From NCBI GenBank assembly GCA_009995385.1, contig JAACPT010000003.1, positions 1 to 49,163 on the forward strand: a stretch of DNA of 49,163 bases. Reading direction: 5' to 3'. Under the pieces are notes generated by a model, which saw only the letters and a program-made list of their open reading frames with translations, was not told the origin of the DNA and did not search any database. The stretch comes from Candidatus Parcubacteria bacterium (GTDB lineage: Bacteria; Patescibacteriota; Minisyncoccia; Phycocordibacterales; UBA918). The translations under genes were made by a program, and so were the position numbers. Positions 28,440 to 35,301 of the stretch are shown here, in pieces. Position 1 is the stretch's first letter; each line of letters opens with the position of its first letter.

Positions 28440-29031
28440 ATTTCACATGAAACGAATTGATTGGATAAAAAAGATACCCCTAATTGAAAATATGTTTCAC
28501 GTGAAACGTATTGAGTTTTGTTTCATATGTAACATATGGATATAAGTAAAGGTAAAATATTTTTTACTCTTCAGTACAGCTAGTTGTATTATGAGATCAA
28601 TCGAGAATTACGTTCCTAATATATTTTAACGTTGCATATTTTTCACGTGTAACAATCCTTACTGCAATAACATCAATTTCCCAATCTCCTTTATACTGAT
28701 TTTCTTGAATCCAACTCTCTATGGCACGATTCAGACGGTTAATCTTTGCGCGATGAACATTATCCTCCGGCTTCCAAGTTTCACGTGAAATAGAAAGTTT
28801 TAGATCTTGTTTAGTTTCATATGAAACTGTTTTTACTTCAATAAAGCGTATTACTCCAGTTTCACGTGCAACGATGTCAATCTCACCCCATTTTTTAAGA
28901 TAATTAGTGTCTACTATTTCAAGACCTCGTTGCTGTAAGTATTTTGCGGCAATCGACTCTCCATATCCACCAATTATGTTTCGTCTTCCTTTCTTTTCAG
29001 TTTGTTTCATATGGAACGTTTCACGTGAAAC
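28440..29031. repeat. Array of nine parS-like 14 bp palindromes (core GTTTCACGTGAAAC)
   Basis: Sites, with mismatches to the core:
- 28440-53 ATTTCACATGAAAC (2)
- 28494-507 GTTTCACGTGAAAC (0)
- 28520-33 GTTTCATATGTAAC (3)
- 28640-53 TTTTCACGTGTAAC (2)
- 28778-91 GTTTCACGTGAAAT (1)
- 28814-27 GTTTCATATGAAAC (2, still palindromic)
- 28859-72 GTTTCACGTGCAAC (1)
- 29004-17 GTTTCATATGGAAC (3)
- 29018-31 GTTTCACGTGAAAC (0)
The core equals the central 14 nt of the canonical ParB/Spo0J site TGTTNCACGTGAAACA. Confidence 0.7.
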
Positions 29032-29088
29032 GTATTGCTTGATTAGTTGATAGTCTTTGTCTGATAATATGGCTTTAATTATAGCCAA
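28597..29088 (-). CDS. yraN: YraN-family (UPF0102) endonuclease-like protein
   Basis: 163 aa with GGYGESIAAKYLQQRGLEIVDTNY...GEIDIVARETGVIRFIEVKT, the YraN signature. The alternative start ATG at 29010 (MKQTEKKGRR...) would give a more typical 137 aa protein. Confidence 0.8.
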   Translation of the reverse strand: MAIIKAILSDKDYQLIKQYVSRETFHMKQTEKKGRRNIIGGYGESIAAKYLQQRGLEIVDTNYLKKWGEIDIVARETGVIRFIEVKTVSYETKQDLKLSISRETWKPEDNVHRAKINRLNRAIESWIQENQYKGDWEIDVIAVRIVTREKYATLKYIRNVILD

Positions 29089-29131
29089 TAGCTTAAAAGG
29101 ACATGATTACTTTACATCTGTTGATTGTCCT

Positions 29132-29160
29132 TTATCCACCTATACACTTGTTTATCCACA
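29132..29160. promoter_or_regulatory. Two same-orientation DnaA-box matches (TTATCCACC, TTATCCACA)
   Basis: 29132-29140 has one mismatch and 29152-29160 is a perfect match to the consensus TTATCCACA. Both lie in the 125 bp spacer between yraN and tRNA-Gly(GCC). Confidence 0.5.
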
Positions 29161-29170
29161 GTTCTTACAA

Positions 29171-29200
29171 AAAAGCGACACTCATTTGTAGGCGTCGCTT
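29171..29200 (-). terminator. Terminator hairpin downstream of tRNA-Gly(GCC)
   Basis: AAAAAGCGAC-ACTCATTTGTAGGC-GTCGCTTTTT. T-runs follow the stem on both strands. Confidence 0.55.
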
Positions 29201-29212
29201 TTTATTGACACT

Positions 29213-29284
29213 GTGCGGCCAGGGAGAATCGAACTCCCGACTAATCCTTGGCAAGGACTCATTATACCACTTAACCATGGCCGC
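29213..29284 (-). tRNA. tRNA-Gly (anticodon GCC)
   Basis: Reverse-strand hand fold with acceptor GCGGCCA/TGGCCGC, anticodon stem AGTCC/GGATT with loop TTGCCAA, and T arm GGGAG-TTCGATT-CTCCC. No encoded CCA. Confidence 0.9.
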
Positions 29285-29288
29285 AAGG

Positions 29289-29957
29289 TTATTTTGAAAG
29301 TTTTTTTACAAACAGTTCAGTCCAGCGATCGAGTTTACACTTCAGAGCTGTGCTGCCGATTATAGTATTTCCTGTGCCATTGTGCAACGTCTTTCTTGTT
29401 GGTGTACCATTGGAAATTTGATTTTTATGAAACTGTGAATAAGGAATCCTAATAGCGCGTTGCCATTTTCTCATAGCTGTTTCTTCCTTTACATCGCTTG
29501 GTAGGAGTAACCAAAAGTGAACATTATTTTTTGATATACCTAGGTAATCAAAGGCAAATCTGATGAATATTTGATGAGCATCCATCCGAGTAGTGGAGAA
29601 ACGAATGGTACTTTTATCCTTGCGGTTGCCAAGCGCCAGATACAGCGCTAGTCCAGCCATGAAAAAAGGGTCTTTTTTGTAGTGTTTAAACTCTGTCTCA
29701 GCCGCACGACCAACCTCTACGTACCGCGACTGACGTTCGCCACGCCGTGCTTTAGCAACAAGAGTTAGGCGTTTAGCATTTTCAATACCAGCTCTTTTAA
29801 CATTCTGTGTGGTTATTTCAGCTGAAAAAGGCTTATCCTTCAACCATTTTGAAGCTGTGGACTTGGAAATGACACAGTATTTAGCGATCTCCTGCAGCGT
29901 AAAGCCCCGCATACGCAAACTGACGACTTGCTCATATTTCTCACGATTTCGAACCAT
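29289..29957 (-). CDS. N-terminal helix-turn-helix DNA-binding protein, function unknown
   Basis: 222 aa. The resolvase / sigma-r4-like HTH is RGFTLQEIAKYCVISKSTASKWL. I do not recognise the basic middle region or the C-terminal domain. It ends 5 nt before tRNA-Gly(GCC). Confidence 0.6.
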   Translation of the reverse strand: MVRNREKYEQVVSLRMRGFTLQEIAKYCVISKSTASKWLKDKPFSAEITTQNVKRAGIENAKRLTLVAKARRGERQSRYVEVGRAAETEFKHYKKDPFFMAGLALYLALGNRKDKSTIRFSTTRMDAHQIFIRFAFDYLGISKNNVHFWLLLPSDVKEETAMRKWQRAIRIPYSQFHKNQISNGTPTRKTLHNGTGNTIIGSTALKCKLDRWTELFVKKLSK

Positions 29958-30150
29958 ATATCATATATAGCATATACTATCTATATTTGTTCGATTAACC
30001 TGTTGGTAATTTTTTGAGAATTTAGATTAGTATTGATTTTTATTAACTACTTAAGTAAGTCAATGTTAGTGCTTCATAGACACTCCCAATTATGGACATG
30101 CCGCATTGCCAAACAGCCGTTTTCGCCGTATGATAGTCACACCTAGAAAA

Positions 30151-30222
30151 GCGCCTATGGTGAAATGGATATCACAACTGACTTCGGATCAGTCGTTCTG
30201 GGTTCGAGTCCTGGTAGGCGCA
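30151..30222 (+). tRNA. tRNA-Arg (anticodon UCG)
   Basis: Hand fold with acceptor GCGCCTA/TAGGCGC, D arm GTGA/TCAC, and anticodon stem ACTGA/TCAGT with loop CTTCGGA. No encoded CCA. Confidence 0.9.
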
Positions 30223-30250
30223 CAGTAAATTTCCGGTACAATGACCAGTT

Positions 30251-31723
30251 ATGTCCATTCGTCAGATAGACATCCCAATTGAAGTAAAGCAAGTAGCAAA
30301 AACCCTTGAAGATAATGGTTTTGAAGCTTTTATTGTGGGCGGTTGTACGCGAGACCTTATGCTTGGAAAGACCCCAAAAGACTGGGACCTGACTACAAGT
30401 GCACAGCCCACTCAAATTCAAGCGTTATTTCCAGAACACTACGCTAATAATGACTACGGCACTATCGGTATCAAGACAGAATCAGACGACGATACTTTAA
30501 AAATCATTGAGGTCACGCCGTACCGCGCTGAAGGTAGATACACTGATGCCAGACGTCCAGACAGCGTCACTTTTGGCGTCTCACTAGAAGAAGACCTTAA
30601 ACGTCGTGATTTTACCGTTAACGCGCTAGCTTTTCGTATTTCTACTGGTGCACTCATCGATCTTTTTGAAGGTAAAGATGATCTTGTAGCAAAGCGATTG
30701 CGGGCAGTAGGGAAGGCTGAGGAACGATTTGCGGAGGATGCACTTCGCATGATGCGGGCAGTTCGCTTGGCAGCTGAACTTAATTTCATGATTGAAGATG
30801 AAACCATGTCAGCTATCGTAAAAAACAGCAACCAATTACGCCGTATTTCTGTTGAACGGGTTACCGGTGAGTTTTTACGCACCCTTAATTCTCCGACCCC
30901 CATGCAAGGAATTGTCCTAATGGAAAAATTAGGGTTATTAGAGCATTTCTTACCAGAACTCCGTATCGGAATTGGGGTAGAACAGGGGGGAGCTCACATT
31001 TATGACGTCTACGAACATCTTCTACGCACCATGCAAGCGGCGGCAGATAAGGATTTCTCCCTAAAGTTACGCTTGGCAGCACTTTTTCATGACATTGCAA
31101 AACCGCAGACACGAAGGGAAGGAGGTAAAAACAAACAATACACCTTCTTTGGACACGAAGTAGTGGGAGCACGGATGACTAAAAAGATACTGGAGCGCCT
31201 CAAACTTCCCCGTGAGACAATAGATGAAGTGGTAAATTTAGTCCGTTGGCATATGTTTTTTGCTGATCCCGAAGAAATTACCTTGGCGGCAGTACGGCGT
31301 ACTATTACTCGCATCGGAGAAGATCACATCGAAGAATTACTTAATCTTCGTGTCTGTGACCGTATTGGTATGGGAAGACCAAAAGAGCAACCATTCCGCT
31401 TCCGTAAATACAAGGCTCTGGTTGATCAAGCCCTTCGTGACCCTATTTCAGTAAAAATGCTCAGAATTGACGGAGTTCGTATCATGGAGCTAACAGGAGA
31501 AAAACCAGGGAAAAAACTAGGCTACATCCTGAATGCTCTGCTTGAAGAAGCCCTGGAAGATGCGAGTAGAAACACGTCAGAATATTTAGAAAAACGTACA
31601 CTAGCGCTTATACAACTACCTGAAGACGAATTGTTTATTCTGGCTGAAGCGGGGAAACAAAAACAAGCAGCAGAGGAATCAGCGGCTTTAAAGGACATTG
31701 CTCGGGAACACCATATAGGGTAG
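30251..31723 (+). CDS. cca: CCA-adding tRNA nucleotidyltransferase with HD domain
   Basis: 490 aa with GGCTRDLMLGKTPKDWDLTT (polymerase-beta nucleotidyltransferase head), RRDFTVNAL and the HD motif LFHDIAKP. Confidence 0.9.
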   Translation: MSIRQIDIPIEVKQVAKTLEDNGFEAFIVGGCTRDLMLGKTPKDWDLTTSAQPTQIQALFPEHYANNDYGTIGIKTESDDDTLKIIEVTPYRAEGRYTDARRPDSVTFGVSLEEDLKRRDFTVNALAFRISTGALIDLFEGKDDLVAKRLRAVGKAEERFAEDALRMMRAVRLAAELNFMIEDETMSAIVKNSNQLRRISVERVTGEFLRTLNSPTPMQGIVLMEKLGLLEHFLPELRIGIGVEQGGAHIYDVYEHLLRTMQAAADKDFSLKLRLAALFHDIAKPQTRREGGKNKQYTFFGHEVVGARMTKKILERLKLPRETIDEVVNLVRWHMFFADPEEITLAAVRRTITRIGEDHIEELLNLRVCDRIGMGRPKEQPFRFRKYKALVDQALRDPISVKMLRIDGVRIMELTGEKPGKKLGYILNALLEEALEDASRNTSEYLEKRTLALIQLPEDELFILAEAGKQKQAAEESAALKDIAREHHIG

Positions 31724-31745
31724 TCTTTTATAAAGGACATATTAG

Positions 31746-31771
31746 AAAAACGGCCCTGTTGAGCCGTTTTT
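31746..31771 (+). terminator. Rho-independent terminator after cca
   Basis: AAAAACGGC-CCTGTTGA-GCCGTTTTT. Confidence 0.65.
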
Positions 31772-31793
31772 CGGTATTTCCGCACCCACCTAA

Positions 31794-31991
31794 CTATCGT
31801 AGTGGCCCTATACACATTCTTGTTTGCACTTCATTAGAGTTAGGTAAGCTCATTTCAAAATCTATTCCAAAACAGGGAGAGTCCTGGGAATAGAGGGATT
31901 CAAACGGTATATAGTAGATATGTAATATCTGAGTTAGAAGAAACAAAATGAAAATAAGTGCTGCGACAATAAACTTCCATTTTCTTTTCAC
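31794..31991 (-). CDS. Possible small membrane protein (65 aa, GTG start)
   Basis: There is one clear TM segment (FIVAALIFILFLLTQIL). There is no RBS, the start is non-ATG, and I recognise no homology. It could be a chance ORF. Confidence 0.25.
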   Translation of the reverse strand: MKRKWKFIVAALIFILFLLTQILHIYYIPFESLYSQDSPCFGIDFEMSLPNSNEVQTRMCIGPLR

Positions 31992-32577
31992 TACAAAAAG
32001 TATAACATGTTGGTCACCCGTACTCTGTGCCAGTATTATTCTAAATTACAATGAAACATTCGCATCGATAGTACTCGGAATATGGATGGGCACTTAACCC
32101 CGTCCAGGAATTCACGCTAGGAATTGCGTGAATTCGGACGTAAATTCACAATATGTCCTTTGGGCACTTGTTCATTTAAAAAAAGACCTGAAGGAATCGG
32201 GAGCCAATCTGTAGTGATTATCAGCTGCCGGTGCCTTCAGGTCTTATAATAAATGAGCTTGCTGTTGGAGGATTATGGTAATCCAAGTGGGCGCTTACAA
32301 TTGAAGCTAACCCGATCCGAAGCTCTACGTTGTTGCGAGAGATGTACGTTATTCCGACTTTGCGCTTCTAGATGATTTGCAATGTCTGTACTCTCTCTTA
32401 TAGGGTGGGATGTTATGAACGTTTTGAGTAAGAGTCTTTTGACTCTTGGAGGTAATACTCAATTGTATTTTGGAAGATCTCTTTAAGGGGAACCTCGAGG
32501 GAGTTGGTTAGAATTGTTTCTACTCAACTCTCTCGAGATGCCTGCTCGCCCTTTCTGGGCCTGTCACTATAGTAGTC

Positions 32578-32640
32578 TTTGTAAAGGACAGTGTAAAGGA
32601 CAGTCTTGTGGATAACTGTTGATAAGTTGTCCTTTACAAA
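32578..32640. repeat. Iteron-like unit: a 13 bp inverted repeat enclosing a tandem 12-mer and two DnaA-box matches
   Basis: TTTGTAAAGGACA (32578-90) pairs with TGTCCTTTACAAA (32628-40). GTAAAGGACAGT is tandemly repeated at 32581-92 and 32593-604. TGTGGATAA at 32607-15 is a perfect DnaA box, and TGTTGATAA at 32617-25 has one mismatch. Confidence 0.6.
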
Positions 32641-32833
32641 TTTACTTGACTAAATTACGTTCCGTGTCTTTCTTATACTATACTTTTTGGTTCAGCTAGT
32701 GCGTGGGATGTATTAGCAGTAGTAAATCATCCCGTAGCGATTTCTAATTATAATAAGGTCTCCTGTCCGACTACATAAATAATGGAGCGGGGGCGATTGA
32801 TCTCTGCCAATATATTTTATGTAAGAATGAACA

Positions 32834-33631
32834 TTATAAATCAAGGCTTAATTCAACTGAAACAGGGCAGTGGTCGGAACCCATGACATTTGAGTGGATG
32901 CGCGCGTTCTTAATCATCGGAATCAAATCTTTCGAGGACATAATATAATCAATACGCCAACCAATATTTCGTTCACGAGCTCCGGCAAAATGTGACCACC
33001 ACGTATAATTATTTCCTTCCTGATTGAAGAGTCGAAAGGTGTCCGTAAAACCCTTATCTATCATCGCTTCTATGCCAGCACGCTCCTCATCAGTAAAACC
33101 TTTCTTACCTCGATTTTCTTTTGGCCTGGAAAGATCAAGCTCAGTGTGAGCAACATTGAAATCTCCACAAAAAATAACTGGTTTTACTTGCTGTAGTTGA
33201 TCCATATATTCCAAATAGGCAGGGTCCCATTGCTGTCGCATGGCAATACGTGAGAGGTCATCTTTGGCGTTTGGGGTATATACCGTACTGACAAAGAATG
33301 GTTCAAATTCAGCCACCATGGTTCGTCCCTCTTTCAGAGTATCACCGTACTCATCTGCTAGTTGGTATTTGGTGGCGATGTTCGCTGGCAACCCATGCTG
33401 CACAGCAATTGGGGTGTGTTTTGTAAATATAGCTGTTCCAGAGTACCCTTTGCGCTCTGCCGAAAACCAATACTCTTCGTAGTCTTCAAAATCAAGATCA
33501 ATCTGGTCTTGATTTGCTTTGGTTTCTTGTAGACAGAGGATATCTGGCTGGTGTTCAGCTAAAAATGGCTCTAATAGACCTTTTTTATGTACGGCACGAA
33601 TTCCGTTTACGTTCCATGAATAGATTTTCAT
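32834..33631 (-). CDS. xth: Exodeoxyribonuclease III (AP endonuclease)
   Basis: 265 aa with MKIYSWNVNGIRA, LCLQETK, GDFNVAH and SDHCPV motifs. Confidence 0.95.
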   Translation of the reverse strand: MKIYSWNVNGIRAVHKKGLLEPFLAEHQPDILCLQETKANQDQIDLDFEDYEEYWFSAERKGYSGTAIFTKHTPIAVQHGLPANIATKYQLADEYGDTLKEGRTMVAEFEPFFVSTVYTPNAKDDLSRIAMRQQWDPAYLEYMDQLQQVKPVIFCGDFNVAHTELDLSRPKENRGKKGFTDEERAGIEAMIDKGFTDTFRLFNQEGNNYTWWSHFAGARERNIGWRIDYIMSSKDLIPMIKNARIHSNVMGSDHCPVSVELSLDL

Positions 33632-33727
33632 ATCTAGCTAGTCTACCTGATAATAGAAAACTATAAAATGTATCACTTACTTTCTCCTACTCTCCTCAAA
33701 TGCACTTTTTCCCTATAAAATAGACAC

Positions 33728-34651
33728 ATGAAAATAAGAACCTATTCAGTAATCATTGGGTTAGTCATTTTAATAATCGTCGGTGCTCTCTATTTTTCTC
33801 AAGAAAGAATGGCAGCAACTACAGTAGTAGGTAACACGCCAAGTGAAGTATCGATACCAGAAATTTCAACCACAAAAACAGTAACCGCCCTTGAAAGCAA
33901 CGTTGAAATTGGTACTGAAGGTTTTGCGACCAATGTTGACGTAAGCGGTGCGGCATTTGATGAACCAGTGCTAATCACTTTTGAGACTGACGGTGATTCG
34001 CTACACACGATAGCAGTACCAACTATCGAGCTTCCGCTCTGTGCTGCATACGGAAAAATCGCTGACGTAAACGATATTTTAATTGGAGACAGACTATCGG
34101 TTCGCGGCATGACTGATGAGGATGGTCGCCTTGTCCCTTGTGACAGCGACCTACATTTCCTCACCATTAGTACAGTGTACACCGATGAAACTACTGGACT
34201 GACGTTCGTATACCGAAAAAGTCCTGATGGATATCTACGAGAGGGTGATGAGTACAAAATTAGCACTGATCCAAACTTTGTGACTGGAGTTGCATTAACT
34301 ACAAAAAAAGGAGCCCTTGAGCTTCTTTTGAGCGACGTCCCGCGGGAGTTACCACCAAGCATCAAACTTCGTGTCTACAAAAATTCTGAGGAGCAGTCTC
34401 CTCTAGAGTGGGCAAAGGCAAATGCTGTCGAATCAAATTATGCATTGGCACTCTTTGAGCCAGCAGAAATATCGGTAGGGAAAAGAGAAGCAGTTGGGTT
34501 CACGGCTGACGGACTATATATGGCCAAAATATATATAGTTGCCTTTGGTGAAAATATACTTACTATCACCGGAGAATACCTTGAAGAGGATTCAATGGCA
34601 TATCGTGATATTGAGCAAATAGTTAATACTGTTTCCTTTTCTAAGAGCTAA
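33728..34651 (+). CDS. Membrane-anchored extracytoplasmic protein, function unknown
   Basis: 307 aa with an N-terminal TM segment (VIIGLVILIIVGALYF). I recognise no domain. Confidence 0.6.
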   Translation: MKIRTYSVIIGLVILIIVGALYFSQERMAATTVVGNTPSEVSIPEISTTKTVTALESNVEIGTEGFATNVDVSGAAFDEPVLITFETDGDSLHTIAVPTIELPLCAAYGKIADVNDILIGDRLSVRGMTDEDGRLVPCDSDLHFLTISTVYTDETTGLTFVYRKSPDGYLREGDEYKISTDPNFVTGVALTTKKGALELLLSDVPRELPPSIKLRVYKNSEEQSPLEWAKANAVESNYALALFEPAEISVGKREAVGFTADGLYMAKIYIVAFGENILTITGEYLEEDSMAYRDIEQIVNTVSFSKS

Positions 34652-34682
34652 AGGAAATAACTCTCCGTGATATAGTACTGTA

Positions 34683-35258
34683 GTGAACAAGAAGCAATTC
34701 ATTGTCAGCGTTATAGCTGATTTTGCACCAATTATCGCTTTTGTTGTAGCTACTGAATTAGCAGGATTCATGATTGCTTTGCTGTGGCTCGTCGCTGTGG
34801 CGATACTTTCCGTTATCATCGAGTGGACTGTTTCTCGAAGACCACCGAAATTTGGTTTAGTAGCATCAGTGACGATTTTCTTGTTTGGTGTATTATCCAT
34901 CGTCACTGGAGATGAATTCTATATCATCATCAAGGATACTCTTTATGCTCTTTCTTTTGCGGTTGCATTACTCCTTGGACTATTATTTAAACGTTCATAT
35001 CTTGAGGTACTTTTTGGTGACTATTTTGCAATTACCAGAAGGGGATGGTTTGTTTTAACGTATCGTTGGATAATTTTCTTCTTTTTACTGGCTATTACGA
35101 ATGAATTTGCTCGCACGTTGTTGGTGCCTGATGTTTGGATTTACTACAAATTAGTAGCCGTACTCTCGACCTGGGTCTTTGGTTTTTATCAGCTCACCCT
35201 GACAAAACGTGAGCGACTTCCTGAAGCAAATACCTGGGGACTCCGCCAATCACAATAA
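34683..35258 (+). CDS. Polytopic inner-membrane protein, possibly the YciB/IspZ septation-protein family
   Basis: 191 aa with a GTG start and five hydrophobic helices. The size and architecture are like YciB. The assignment rests on overall pattern only. Confidence 0.4.
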   Translation: MNKKQFIVSVIADFAPIIAFVVATELAGFMIALLWLVAVAILSVIIEWTVSRRPPKFGLVASVTIFLFGVLSIVTGDEFYIIIKDTLYALSFAVALLLGLLFKRSYLEVLFGDYFAITRRGWFVLTYRWIIFFFLLAITNEFARTLLVPDVWIYYKLVAVLSTWVFGFYQLTLTKRERLPEANTWGLRQSQ

Positions 35259-35301
35259 TCTTCTTGTTATCTCGGTGGATTTTGGCGTATAGTGTCAGAG
35301 C

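Noticed and set aside
29289-29957. The HTH protein as a divergent ParB, because of RRGERQSRY (cf. ParB box II GERRxRA)
   Set aside because: The domain order is wrong (the HTH is N-terminal), and the resemblance is limited to about 4 residues. I kept it only as a candidate binder to test.
31992-32833. tmRNA, RNase P RNA, SRP RNA or 6S RNA as the identity of the ORF-free island
   Set aside because: I looked on both strands for GGTTCGA-type T-arms with an ACCA end (tmRNA), the GAGGAAAGTCC / ACAGAA..GGCTTA P4 strands (RNase P) and the GGAAGCAGCC domain IV core (SRP). I found none. 6S cannot be excluded by eye. This needs Infernal.
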